Part shown: positions 52,789 through 63,251 of the stretch, piece after piece
How positions within the stretch are numbered: position 1 is the stretch's first letter
Layout of the letters: every line of letters starts with the position of its first letter
Assembly (NCBI GenBank): GCA_963740315.1
Contig: CAVUDP010000003.1
Span: 518,280-582,279 of the forward strand
Source of the DNA: an uncultured cyanobacterium
Lineage (GTDB): Bacteria; Cyanobacteriota; Cyanobacteriia; Cyanobacteriales; Nostocaceae
Direction: 5' to 3'
DNA: 64,000 bases
Notes under the pieces: generated by a model
Database searches by the model: none
What the model was told of the DNA's origin: nothing
What the model saw: the letters and a program-made list of their open reading frames with translations, nothing else
Translations under genes and position numbers: made by a program

Positions 52789-54078
52789 ATGCACAATAAA
52801 AAAATATCATATAAAAAAATTTTAATTGGACTAATAGCTTGTATTTTTTTGATTGCGGGATGCCATTCAACATCCGAACAAGATAATATAACGCATCTTA
52901 CTTTATGGCAGGGAGTTAATCCACCTTCAAATCGAGATGTGTTGCAAAAGTTAGTAGATAAATTTAATCAAAATCATCCCAATATTCAGGTAGAGTCGCT
53001 GTATGTAGGACAACCAGATCAGCAAATGCCGAAGATATTGGCGGCGGTAGTAGGAAATGCACCACCAGATTTATTATGGTTTAACCCTACAATTGCGGGG
53101 CAATTAGTTGAATTAGATGCTTTGGTACCGTTGGATGAAATGCTGAATAATTCCCCGGTAAAAGATGAAATTGACCCTACTTTATTTTATTCAATGAAGT
53201 ATCAAGGAAAGATTTGGTCGGTACCTTTTGCAACTAATAACGTGGGAATTTTTTATCGTCCGAGTTTATTTAAAGCAGCAGGAATTAAAGATTTACCTCA
53301 AACTTGGGAAGAGTTTCGTCAAGTAGCGAAAAAGTTAACTCGCGATACCAATGGAGATAATAAAGTTGACCAACACGGCATATTTTTACCTTTAGGAAAA
53401 GGTGAATTTACAGTATTTATATGGCTGCCATTTATGTGGAGTGGCGGCGGAGAATTAGCGGAATCTGCTGCAAAAGTAGATTTAGTTGATAATAAAGGAG
53501 CAATATCAGCTTTGCAATTGTGGCAAGATTTAGTCAAAGATGGTTCTGTAGTATTATCCGCACCGGAAAGAGGTTTTGAAACAGATGCTTTTGTAGCTGG
53601 TAAAGTAGCAATGCAGGTGACTGGACCTTGGACTTTGACCTATATTAATAATGATATTAAAAATGGTGACTTTGGGGTTTTTCCGATTCCTGTAAATGAG
53701 CGTCAAGCTACCAGTATTGGTGGAGAAAATCTGTTTTTATTTAAAACTACATCGGAAAGACAAAAAGCTGCTTTAAAATTCGCGGAATATGTAGCAAGTC
53801 AAGAATTTCAGACAGAATGGGCGTTAGGTACTGGATATTTACCTGCAAATTTAAAGTCCCGTCAAAGCGAAGAATATCAGGCTTATCTTAAAAAACATCC
53901 AACAGCGAAAATATTTTTAGAACAAGCACAATACGGGCGCAGTCGTCCGGTTTTTGCAGGTTACAGTAGAGTTTCGCAAAGCATCGGTAGAGCGATGGAG
54001 GCGGTTTTGTTAGGTAAAAGTAGTCCGAAAGATGCTTTGAAAGAATCCCAGCAAAGATTAGATTTGATTTTTAAATAG
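52789..54078 (+). CDS. Sugar ABC transporter substrate-binding lipoprotein
   Basis: Lipobox IAGC, APPDL, GKVAMQVTGPW. Confidence 0.85.
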   Translation: MHNKKISYKKILIGLIACIFLIAGCHSTSEQDNITHLTLWQGVNPPSNRDVLQKLVDKFNQNHPNIQVESLYVGQPDQQMPKILAAVVGNAPPDLLWFNPTIAGQLVELDALVPLDEMLNNSPVKDEIDPTLFYSMKYQGKIWSVPFATNNVGIFYRPSLFKAAGIKDLPQTWEEFRQVAKKLTRDTNGDNKVDQHGIFLPLGKGEFTVFIWLPFMWSGGGELAESAAKVDLVDNKGAISALQLWQDLVKDGSVVLSAPERGFETDAFVAGKVAMQVTGPWTLTYINNDIKNGDFGVFPIPVNERQATSIGGENLFLFKTTSERQKAALKFAEYVASQEFQTEWALGTGYLPANLKSRQSEEYQAYLKKHPTAKIFLEQAQYGRSRPVFAGYSRVSQSIGRAMEAVLLGKSSPKDALKESQQRLDLIFK

Positions 54079-54144
54079 AGAATTGATGTTGGGTTACGAT
54101 ACGATTAATGAATTTTATCTCAATTAAATAAGTTATTTTCGTGT

Positions 54145-55608
54145 CTAACCCAACCTACTCGATCCAAAAGCCAATAATCCGAATAAAATAATTACCATAA
54201 TTGCATACAATATCCGAGTTGTCCGTTCAGCTTTGTTCAATATTTCGCTGTAAGAAAGCTGATGATTTTGAATCATGAAAAATGCTGGCGGACTAATTAA
54301 AAAGGGTAATATTTTACTTAATGAAAGTCGCAATAAGAAATTAAGATTCCATAACTTTTTACGAATGGGAGCTTGATTATATTGCCAAGGATAACCTACT
54401 TGCATCAAACGTATTAAAGCTTTTGTATCGGGGAGTCGTAATGATTCATACAAGGGTAAAGCTTCAGCAAAATTATTATCGCTTTTTTCTAATGCTTCAT
54501 TAAGTGTATATACGTCTTCTAATGCCGAGTTAACACCTTGTCCTAAATCTGGAGGGAAACTGTGAATTGCATCTCCTAATAAAACTATGAATGCTTCGTT
54601 GTTTAATTTTGAGTAGAATCCATTGCAGTATTGCGGAATCGGAAATTCTCCACCTTCAGTTACAGCAAATCTTTGGGCTTCTGGGCAAGAAACTATTTTG
54701 TTTATAGGTAATTGTGGAAAGGATTTTATTAGAAAATTATGCATTTCCTCACCATTTTTTAATTCCCAGATATTATGGTTTGGTAATGTAATTATATTTG
54801 CGCTACGAACTTCATCTGGATTTTTTACGGGTAACAATCCCAGAGATATTGCTTTTTTTCTATCTTTGAATGCACTACGAACGGCATATGCCATTTCGCT
54901 GGTGGTTAGTTCTTCACCTTGTTCATCTAAAGGAAATTTTGGCGGTAAGGTTAATATTTTATATCTTAATCCCGAACTTGCTGAAGGGAAATAGTTCATC
55001 TCAAATTTACTTGACGATGAGTCATCCCATTTTTTGAGAGTATTTCGGACGATGGAGTTGATTCCATCGCATCCTACTAAAAGAAAAGGCTGAAATTCGA
55101 TTTTATTATTGTTTTCGATTTCGGTAATCGCCTTTATTTCTTCAATTTTACTTTCTTCATTAATAGTTTTATTTATTTCAACGCATTTTGCATTAAATAT
55201 AATCCTAATAAAGTCCTGCCAATTTTGTTCTATTTCCCGATAAAGCAAATTCACAAAAGTTTGACGGGTTATCCAATAAGCAGCTTTGCGATTTGGATCT
55301 ACAATTGGTAATTTTAAAGTTTTACGATTCCCATCCGGCGTAATTTTTGTTAAATAAAAATCTGTAGTGGCAACTCCATTTTTAATTAAATTCTCAGTAA
55401 CCCCAATATAATCTGTAAATTTTTGACCGCGACCATCTATTAAGTAGTTGAATGATTTATCGGGTTCGTAATAATCTGCGGTAGGGCGTTTTTCTAATAC
55501 TGTAATATTTTTCCAACCACGTTTAGCTAACATTAAAGCTGTGGCGAATCCTCCGGGACCTCCTCCAACGATCAATATTTGCTGATGATAACTATTGGTT
55601 TCTGCCAT
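54145..55608 (-). CDS. FAD-dependent monooxygenase (kynurenine 3-monooxygenase-like)
   Basis: GGGPGG, GCDGINS, GDAIHSFPPDLGQGVNSALED. Confidence 0.8.
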   Translation of the reverse strand: MAETNSYHQQILIVGGGPGGFATALMLAKRGWKNITVLEKRPTADYYEPDKSFNYLIDGRGQKFTDYIGVTENLIKNGVATTDFYLTKITPDGNRKTLKLPIVDPNRKAAYWITRQTFVNLLYREIEQNWQDFIRIIFNAKCVEINKTINEESKIEEIKAITEIENNNKIEFQPFLLVGCDGINSIVRNTLKKWDDSSSSKFEMNYFPSASSGLRYKILTLPPKFPLDEQGEELTTSEMAYAVRSAFKDRKKAISLGLLPVKNPDEVRSANIITLPNHNIWELKNGEEMHNFLIKSFPQLPINKIVSCPEAQRFAVTEGGEFPIPQYCNGFYSKLNNEAFIVLLGDAIHSFPPDLGQGVNSALEDVYTLNEALEKSDNNFAEALPLYESLRLPDTKALIRLMQVGYPWQYNQAPIRKKLWNLNFLLRLSLSKILPFLISPPAFFMIQNHQLSYSEILNKAERTTRILYAIMVIILFGLLAFGSSRLG

Positions 55609-55738
55609 TTTATAGATATTGCTGTTTTCTATAATTTAGAATAATCTGTGCAATTAAGAAACCCGGTTTGTGTTCAAACCGGGTCAATTATCTATTTTTT
55701 AAGTTTATTATCTTGATTCATATCTTCAATCTGTCTCA

Positions 55739-55959
55739 GAGGTTGTTTTTAAAGTCTAATTTAATACTTAACCTGGCGCTTTGTTACCACGGCTACACAA
55801 GCAAAACCCCTCCGGGTTCACCACTCCCCTCAACGGTCGTGTTCCTCCGCACGGGGGTGGGTTCACCGCCTGCGCGGGTTACAAATCGCTTAGTCCACGC
55901 AGGTGGACTTTGCCTGTTTAGTAGCGGTTTTAACCGCCGGATACTTCTAAAACATCCTC
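55739..55959. mobile_element. MITE with 17-bp imperfect TIRs and TCA target-site duplication
   Basis: TIRs gaggttgtttttaaagt and revcomp gaggatgttttagaagt (14/17); tca at 55736-55738 and 55960-55962. Confidence 0.75.
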
Positions 55960-56008
55960 TCAGGAACCGAGTTTATTAGGGTTTATTGAGAATAGTGCAA
56001 AATATTAG

Positions 56009-56758
56009 TTAAGCAGTTAGCGCGGGTTTAACTTTTCCAAAACGTCGTTCTCTATCTTGATAGCTGATTAATGCTTCTTGGAATGCCGTTCTGTCAAAAT
56101 CGGGCCACAAAACATCTGTAAAATACATTTCTGTATAAGCCATTTGCCATAGAAGAAAGTTACTAAGTCGCTTTTCTCCACTGGTACGAATCAGTAAATC
56201 TGGTGCGGGAATATCTGCTGTATATAAGTTTTTTTCGATTAAATTTTCATCAATATCTTCTGGTTTAATTTCCCCTGTTTGAACTAACTCCGCTACTTGA
56301 CGACAAGCACTAATAATTTCTTTACGACTACCGTAATTAACTGCAACGTTAAACTGAACATCTTGATTATTTGATGTTTCTAACATTGAACGCTGCATTT
56401 CTTGCTGCAATGCTTTTGGTAATCCTGATAGATCGCCAACAAAATTAATTCGCACTCCCGAACGATGCATTTCTTCTAATTCGCGACGCAGCATTTTTTC
56501 AAATAAAAGCATCAGAAAATCAACTTCTTCAGTTGGTCGTCGCCAATTTTCGGTAGAAAAAGCATAAGCTGTTAGAATCTTAATTCCCCAATCTTTACAG
56601 CACCGCAATAGTTCTTTTAATGTTTTTGCACCTTGCCGATGTCCGGCAATACGCGGTAATTTTTGTTGAGTAGCCCATCTACCGTTACCATCCATAATTA
56701 CGGCTACGTGAGTGGGTAAGTTTTGCGAGTCTAAATGAGCAGGTAAGTTTGAATTCAT
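56009..56758 (-). CDS. uppS: Cis-prenyltransferase (UppS family)
   Basis: [44 protein letters not shown]. Confidence 0.85.
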   Translation of the reverse strand: MNSNLPAHLDSQNLPTHVAVIMDGNGRWATQQKLPRIAGHRQGAKTLKELLRCCKDWGIKILTAYAFSTENWRRPTEEVDFLMLLFEKMLRRELEEMHRSGVRINFVGDLSGLPKALQQEMQRSMLETSNNQDVQFNVAVNYGSRKEIISACRQVAELVQTGEIKPEDIDENLIEKNLYTADIPAPDLLIRTSGEKRLSNFLLWQMAYTEMYFTDVLWPDFDRTAFQEALISYQDRERRFGKVKPALTA

Positions 56759-56797
56759 AGGATTGTATATTTTAGAACTTCGATTTTATATAGAAAA

Positions 56798-57766
56798 TTA
56801 AACATTGGCTACGAGAAATTTTGCATTTTGAATTCCTGTGTCCCCAAATATTTCATTTAAATACTTTGGTGTCAGGGTATTATTCCAAATCCACAATTGA
56901 TGTATTGCAAAACTAAAGGTAAATAACAAGCTTGACTTGTTACTGAAACTCCAAGAATTCCATTTCAGCGTCTGCATCATTCGTTTTAAAGTTCTTATCA
57001 AACTATTGCGCGTATATTTTTGATGGCGAGTTTTAATCAAAGTTTTGGTTATTTTGATTGCAGAAGTATCGGGATAAGCCCAAACACCAAATCCCCAGAA
57101 TTTTGTCATGTGGTTGATTTCGTCTATTGCTAATTGCTCTAAAACGTCTTGAAGTGCCCCGGTTGTGTGAGCCATCAGCCATATATAAAGACAAGTCGCG
57201 CTCAATTCAGTTACTACCCGGTGCAAACCGTGACGATACAAGTCTTCGTAGGGATTTTCGGTAGGTAAATAGCCTCTAACGGTGCGGAGTTTGGGAGTAA
57301 TTTTTTCACCCGTTAACTGCTGATAAACCTTAATTAATGCGGGGGTATGCTGCCGCTCTTCTTTTTCCCATAAACCTAGTATCAGCTTTTCATTTTCATC
57401 AATCGTTCCTCCTACATACTGAGCCATTTGTGGATGTAGTTTTTCTAAATATTGCCGACTCGTTTGAGTATATCCTCGGATAGGCGCTTCAGTATCCATC
57501 GCACCCACTAAAACCGATAAAAACACTTGTGAATCAATACCAGTTATTTGTTCGAGATTAATACTTTGCCAGTCAATTGGTTTCCAAGCACGCGCTTGTG
57601 GTTGGTTAAATTGTGATGGTAAGTCTTTTAAACGTTGGTGTAATTCATCTACTGCAAGATAATTTTTGATGAGAGAATTTATATTTTGCTGAATTTGGAA
57701 ATAGTTTGTATGAGGCTTTGTTTTAATTATCTGATTTGGATCGGATTCATTAAGTATTTCTATCAT
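56798..57766 (-). CDS. Ferritin-like diiron-carboxylate protein
   Basis: DTE, EERQH, VTE, DEINH give an E..ExxH..E..ExxH pattern. Confidence 0.75.
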   Translation of the reverse strand: MIEILNESDPNQIIKTKPHTNYFQIQQNINSLIKNYLAVDELHQRLKDLPSQFNQPQARAWKPIDWQSINLEQITGIDSQVFLSVLVGAMDTEAPIRGYTQTSRQYLEKLHPQMAQYVGGTIDENEKLILGLWEKEERQHTPALIKVYQQLTGEKITPKLRTVRGYLPTENPYEDLYRHGLHRVVTELSATCLYIWLMAHTTGALQDVLEQLAIDEINHMTKFWGFGVWAYPDTSAIKITKTLIKTRHQKYTRNSLIRTLKRMMQTLKWNSWSFSNKSSLLFTFSFAIHQLWIWNNTLTPKYLNEIFGDTGIQNAKFLVANV

Positions 57767-58208
57767 CTTTTTTTATTTAAAGTATTTATTATTGCTTTGT
57801 GATTACTACTTTAAGTGTTATTTTCACGTTTGTCAGTCGGGTAAAGTAGGGTAAAAAGTACGATCGCGGAATTATTTTTTTAATGCACAGACGGAAATAT
57901 TCCCAGAGTCACGTTGAGCAAGTCGTATTGTAATTGCAAATACAAACAAATTCCGCATTCGTTAAAAATAGTCAAATTAGAATATTTATACTTAAATTTG
58001 TATTAATTAAGTTCTTGTCTTCATAATTGCTTTAAAAAACTAATCGATCGTCATGTCTTGGTTTTCCGACGCTAATTCCCTTTTAGAAGATATAAGTGAA
58101 GATAATTCGATGGGTAAAGCAGAAAATCAAGTTTACATAAACTTGTCTAAAAAGGCTAGTTAGCAACTGTAGACTAAGATTGAGCTAAACTACCTTGGTC
58201 GCTAAACA

Positions 58209-60623
58209 ATGAATGATGAGGCAGTATTGGTATGGTTGGATACCATAATACCTTCTAAAACTGGAGAACAATTAAGCGAATTAGATAAGATTATTCTTCA
58301 ACAGGTTTGGCTGGGAAGAAAATATTTGGAAATTGCTGATTTTTATGGCTGTACTGAAGGGCACGCTAAGGATGTGGGTTCTCGGTTGTGGAAGTTACTT
58401 TCTAAGGTGATGCGTCAGAAGATTACTAAAAGTAACTGTCGCAGGGTTTTAGAAAAGTGTTTTCGTAAAGCCGGTACGATATCTGGTTTGTTTGATTATC
58501 AAATTACAGAAAACCTAACCCCCCAGCCCCCTTCCCTACGAGGGAATGGGGAGAATTTTCAGGAGAGAGGTTTCAATCAAGAAGATATCAATTTTATTGG
58601 TAGAAGCGGTGCTATCGATCGCATTAATAATTTAGTAAATCTTGGTAGCAAAGTTATTGTAATTCAAGGTGAAGGAGGTTTGGGAAAAACTACTTTGGCT
58701 CAACAATACCTGCATTCTCAAGGGTTTGATGTGGTTTTGGAATTGTTGATGGCGAAGGAAACTCAAAACATTACTTCTGCTCAAAGAGTTGTGGAAGAAT
58801 GGTTAAAATACGATTTGCAACAAGAGCCTGGATTGGAATTTGGGGTAACGTTGGCAAGATTGAAGCGACAACTTCACGAAAAGCGAATTGGAATTTTAAT
58901 TGATAATTTAGAACCAGCGCTGGATGGAAAAGGACGGTTTATTGCTGCTCATCGCAACTATGTTGAATTATTTCGGATTTTAACGGATTCTAGAATACAA
59001 TGCACGACTTTAATTACTAGTAGAGATAGACTTTGCGAAGCTGAGTTAAATGTGACTCACTATCGACTACCCGGTTTGGATGAAGTAAGTTGGCAAAAAT
59101 ATTTTAGTAATCGTGGAGTTGCGATCGCACTACCAACTTTACAAAAAATGCATCATGCTTATGGCGGTAACGCTAAAGCAATGGGAATTCTTTGTGGTTC
59201 GATTCAAGAAGATTTTGACGGTGATGTTACTGCTTATTGGTTAGAAAATCATGCCGATCCTTTAGCGGCAACGGATTTAAAAAATTTAGCTGCGAGTCAA
59301 ATCAATCGCTTGCAGGTTTTGGATTCTCAAGCATATCGTTTGCTATGTCGTTTGGGATGCTATCGTTATCAAGATGTTTCAAGCGTATCAACTCAAGCAC
59401 TTTTAAGTTTATTGTGGGATGTCACACCGGAGCAACACCGTCAAATTATCGCTTCGTTGAAAAATCGTTCTTTAATAGAGTGTAATAAAGGTGAATATTG
59501 GCTGCATCCGGTAATTAGAGCCGAAGCTATTTCTCGTTTGCGTAACGGAGATGACTGGGCGATCGCCAATCACAAAGCGGCAGAATTTTGGACGAATAGC
59601 GTACAAACAATCGAAACTTTTCAAGATGCTTTGCAAGCGTTGGAAGCTTATTATCATTATATAGAAATTAATCAATTTGAGTTAGCCGGAAAGCTGATTA
59701 TTAAAAGTAGAAATAATCAATGGGGGCAATTTTTACCCCTTGGCAGTACTTTGTATAGAATGGGTTTAATTCAACCCGTTTTAACTGCAATTATTCATAT
59801 AATCGATCGGATTGACGACGATACAAAAATCAGCGAATTATATAATATTTTAGGTGATTTATATTGGATAAGCGGTAAAGTACAATCAGCAATTGAATAT
59901 CAAGAAAAAACTATTTGTTTAGCGCAGCAAGCACTTGATTCTATAACTAATACAAAAGAGAATAAGCAGTCATTTTATTATTATCGAATGTTGGAGGTGG
60001 ATTCTTTATTAAGTATCGGACTTTATAAAATTGATTTATGGGAATTATCAGAATCCGCTCAATTATTTCAACAGGTAATTTCTTTAGCTCAAAACACCGC
60101 ACATCACCCTTGGGCAGAAAAAGCTACTGTATGTTTATCTTTAGTTAATTCTTATTTAAAACAATATCGATCGGCTTATTTACTCGCGGATGAATCTTAC
60201 AACAACATCACCGCACAAAGGATCGAGAAAACGGGAAGATTTGCTTATTTCATTCAAATACTCGGTCAAACTTATGTAAATTTAAAAGATTTTGGTAAAG
60301 CTGAAGAAATGTTTTTGATGGCATTAAATTTCGCAGAAGAAAGTCACTACACGCAAGTTAAAGCAAAAAGTTTGAATGGTTTAGCAGAGATTTATCGGAT
60401 AAATCAAGAATTTGAATCGGCTTTGAATAATCATTTAGAAGCGATTGAATTATTAGATAAAATTGGCGCTAAATGCGATTTAGCTGAAGCTTATTTTCAG
60501 TTGGGTTTGACTTATCGGAGTATGGGGAAAGAAGGTGAGAGTCGGGTGAATATTGGGAAGGCTGTTCGGATTTTTGAGGAGATAAAAGCACCGAAGCAGG
60601 TGGGGAAAGTCAGTGAGCAGTGA
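58209..60623 (+). CDS. N-terminal HTH + STAND (NB-ARC-like) ATPase + TPR protein
   Basis: YLEIADFYG..DVGSRLWKLLS, FIGR, GEGGLGKTTLA, LIDNLE, LITSR, LHPVIR, TPR repeats. Confidence 0.85.
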   Translation: MNDEAVLVWLDTIIPSKTGEQLSELDKIILQQVWLGRKYLEIADFYGCTEGHAKDVGSRLWKLLSKVMRQKITKSNCRRVLEKCFRKAGTISGLFDYQITENLTPQPPSLRGNGENFQERGFNQEDINFIGRSGAIDRINNLVNLGSKVIVIQGEGGLGKTTLAQQYLHSQGFDVVLELLMAKETQNITSAQRVVEEWLKYDLQQEPGLEFGVTLARLKRQLHEKRIGILIDNLEPALDGKGRFIAAHRNYVELFRILTDSRIQCTTLITSRDRLCEAELNVTHYRLPGLDEVSWQKYFSNRGVAIALPTLQKMHHAYGGNAKAMGILCGSIQEDFDGDVTAYWLENHADPLAATDLKNLAASQINRLQVLDSQAYRLLCRLGCYRYQDVSSVSTQALLSLLWDVTPEQHRQIIASLKNRSLIECNKGEYWLHPVIRAEAISRLRNGDDWAIANHKAAEFWTNSVQTIETFQDALQALEAYYHYIEINQFELAGKLIIKSRNNQWGQFLPLGSTLYRMGLIQPVLTAIIHIIDRIDDDTKISELYNILGDLYWISGKVQSAIEYQEKTICLAQQALDSITNTKENKQSFYYYRMLEVDSLLSIGLYKIDLWELSESAQLFQQVISLAQNTAHHPWAEKATVCLSLVNSYLKQYRSAYLLADESYNNITAQRIEKTGRFAYFIQILGQTYVNLKDFGKAEEMFLMALNFAEESHYTQVKAKSLNGLAEIYRINQEFESALNNHLEAIELLDKIGAKCDLAEAYFQLGLTYRSMGKEGESRVNIGKAVRIFEEIKAPKQVGKVSEQ

Positions 60624-60763
60624 GCAGTGAGCAGTGAACAGTTAACAGTTAGAAAAGTATTTGTTATACGAAAAATTCTGTACAATATCCAAATAAGTCC
60701 AATGACGTATTCAATAATAATAAATAGTTATCCGACTAGAACAAACTTATTTACGCGATTGAG

Positions 60764-61504
60764 ATGACCGAAGAGTATACACCGGGCTACACCCAAACAG
60801 CCAGCGACTTTATGGCTCAACGCACTGCTGCAAGCCATGCTGGATTTCTACTTCCCCACCTTCATCCAAACTTGCGGCTACTTGACTGTGGCTGCGGACC
60901 AGGTTCCATTTCTTGCGATTTTGCAAAATTACTGAATTCGGGTCACGTTCAGGGAATTGACCGCGAGGAATCGCAGATCGAGCTTGCCCGCAGTCGTGCT
61001 TCGGATTTAGGTCTTTCCAATGTGGCATTCGACGTGGGGTCGATTTACGAACTGCCTTTTCCAAATTCGTCGTTTGGCGTTGTCTTCGCTCACGCTATTT
61101 TTGAACACATCTCCGAACCCGAAAAAGCTCTTACGGAAATGCTGCGGGTTCTTGAACCAAGGGGCATTACAGCAATTCGCAGCCCAGACTGGGGAGGGTT
61201 TATTGTTGGACCAGACGTTCCTGGTCTTCAGTCTGCAATCCAAAGTTACGCAGACCTTCAAACGGCGAACGGTGGTGACATACACGTCGGTCGAAAACTC
61301 CCCCGCTTGTTGAGAACAACGGGGTTTGAAACAATCGAATTCTCTGCTACCTACGACTGCGATCGATCGCCTTCAATGATAGCAAACTATCTTGCACTAA
61401 AGTTGGACGACACGGACGCGGCAGCACTGCATGACTGGAGCAATGACCCCGACGCATTCTTTGCAACTGCTTGGTGCGAAGTCATCGGAACAAAACGCGG
61501 ATAA
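60764..61504 (+). CDS. Class I SAM-dependent methyltransferase
   Basis: LLDCGCGPG, GSIYELPF, RVLEPRG; visibly more GC-rich than neighbours. Confidence 0.9.
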   Translation: MTEEYTPGYTQTASDFMAQRTAASHAGFLLPHLHPNLRLLDCGCGPGSISCDFAKLLNSGHVQGIDREESQIELARSRASDLGLSNVAFDVGSIYELPFPNSSFGVVFAHAIFEHISEPEKALTEMLRVLEPRGITAIRSPDWGGFIVGPDVPGLQSAIQSYADLQTANGGDIHVGRKLPRLLRTTGFETIEFSATYDCDRSPSMIANYLALKLDDTDAAALHDWSNDPDAFFATAWCEVIGTKRG

Positions 61505-61578
61505 CAATACTGCAATTATTCACAAACGCGATCGCTTAAACTGTAAAAACAGCTATCTATCACCTGTTGACTTTATAC

Positions 61579-63129
61579 TCACGCCCGAATCACAGTAATA
61601 GCCCGTTGATTTTCCGTCACAACAACCTGGGTTGACAAACGTTCTTCCATTGGTAATGCATTCTTACGGCGATCGAACACAATTAACCAACCTTCATTCA
61701 ATCCCAAACGGGCTAAATACGATTCTAATTGTTCGATTCCTTCGGCTTGAGGATCGCGTTTTTTTTCCCGCCATACTTTTAATTCAATCCCAAGAGTAGT
61801 AGAACCATACCTCAAACATAAATCCATCCTGTCACTACCGATCGCATATTCCCGCTCTAACGTACCACCACCATTAACAACGCGATGCAAGAAAGCCATT
61901 AATACTAAATGCGGTGCGATTTCATGGTAGCCGGTGCTACCTAATAAAGGTTCTCCATGCTGTCGCCAAAATTTAATAAAAGCTTCTAGCAAAGCATCTT
62001 TATTTAATTCTCCTTGCTTCGTTAACCAAGTCGGTGCAATCATTGGTAGAGAAGCCATTGGTGTCACCGTTAATACTCTGGGTAAAACCTCACGATAAAT
62101 TGGGTTTGCAATTGTTAATCCACCTTGGGGATGCATGATACACAAACCCAAATCAATTACAAATTGAATATCATCATTAGGGATATCTCCTAATTCCAAA
62201 CCAGCTAAGATTGGTTCGATAATCGCTTTTATCCTTGGTTCCCGTAAGCGTTCGGCTAAACTATCAAGATGGGTATCTCGACGAGCAATTAATATTTCTT
62301 TGGCTTCTAAAATATGCTCTTTGGTAATAGAAATACTTCTATCTTTAACTAGTTTTTCCACAACTTCTTTAGCTAAAGCATTAACTAACCAAGGTTGTCC
62401 CTGAGTTAAATCAAAAGCTGTTGCACTTGCTTCTGGTGTGAAAATTTGTCCTGTATCTTCAGTATGTTGTTGGTATAATTCTGCGACTTCTGCGGCGTTA
62501 AAATTTCTTAGAGTAATGGAACTAACTTTAATATTAAAAGGGCTTGCTGTGTTTAATCTGTCACTTCCACCGGATGCAACCTTATAATCGCGCACATCTC
62601 GTAAACCAATCAACCCCACAGATGAAGGAAAATTTTCTGGACGATTGGGATAACCATCGCGTAGCTGGCGCAACACCGAAATCAAAGTATCATCTTGCAG
62701 GGAATCAATTTCATCAACGAATATTACCAAAGGTCGAGGAGAAACCTGCGCCCAAGCTTGTAAGCTAGCTTGAATTCTTTGTCCTGGTTCATCATAAACC
62801 CAAGTAGGAGGTTGTAAATCCTGCGGTAGGCGGATGGCGATCGCACCACGCCAAGCCCCCAAAATTGCTAATTCTGCGGCGCTGGGGTCATTGTTAAAGG
62901 CACTTCCGACTTCTGCGGATAACATCACTGCTGCATAACGTCCGGTTGCGGTAAGTTGTTGCGCTAAAGCTAGCATTGCCGTAGTTTTACCAGTTTGACG
63001 GGGTGCGTGAACCACAAAATAACTTTCTTGTTCGATAAGCATTGACAAATCGGGTAGCCGACTTGTCGGTGGTAGCATATAGTGTTTGTCTGCTTTACAC
63101 GGACCTGCAATGTTAAACCAGCGAGACAT
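61579..63129 (-). CDS. AAA-like ATPase with C-terminal PD-(D/E)XK-like domain
   Basis: HAPRQTGKTT, FVDEID, ASPFNI, EREY..RMD..IELK..QLESY; start MSRWF preferred. Confidence 0.8.
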   Translation of the reverse strand: MSRWFNIAGPCKADKHYMLPPTSRLPDLSMLIEQESYFVVHAPRQTGKTTAMLALAQQLTATGRYAAVMLSAEVGSAFNNDPSAAELAILGAWRGAIAIRLPQDLQPPTWVYDEPGQRIQASLQAWAQVSPRPLVIFVDEIDSLQDDTLISVLRQLRDGYPNRPENFPSSVGLIGLRDVRDYKVASGGSDRLNTASPFNIKVSSITLRNFNAAEVAELYQQHTEDTGQIFTPEASATAFDLTQGQPWLVNALAKEVVEKLVKDRSISITKEHILEAKEILIARRDTHLDSLAERLREPRIKAIIEPILAGLELGDIPNDDIQFVIDLGLCIMHPQGGLTIANPIYREVLPRVLTVTPMASLPMIAPTWLTKQGELNKDALLEAFIKFWRQHGEPLLGSTGYHEIAPHLVLMAFLHRVVNGGGTLEREYAIGSDRMDLCLRYGSTTLGIELKVWREKKRDPQAEGIEQLESYLARLGLNEGWLIVFDRRKNALPMEERLSTQVVVTENQRAITVIRA

Positions 63130-63214
63130 GGGGTGTAGAGAGTTAGCGGACACTTTGAGTTTAGACGATTTTGGGGAAGGGGATTTTTAAATTTAAAGTA
63201 CTTTTTAAATACCT

Positions 63215-63237
63215 CTTGTTCCCGAAATGGGAACAAG
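63215..63237. promoter_or_regulatory. Putative HigA operator
   Basis: Perfect 9-bp inverted repeat cttgttccc-gaaat-gggaacaag just upstream of higB. Confidence 0.7.
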
Positions 63238-63251
63238 TTATCGTAGATATT

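Noticed and set aside
55668..55979. 103 aa ORF
   Set aside because: Spans the MITE and nested repeats; no protein-like features.
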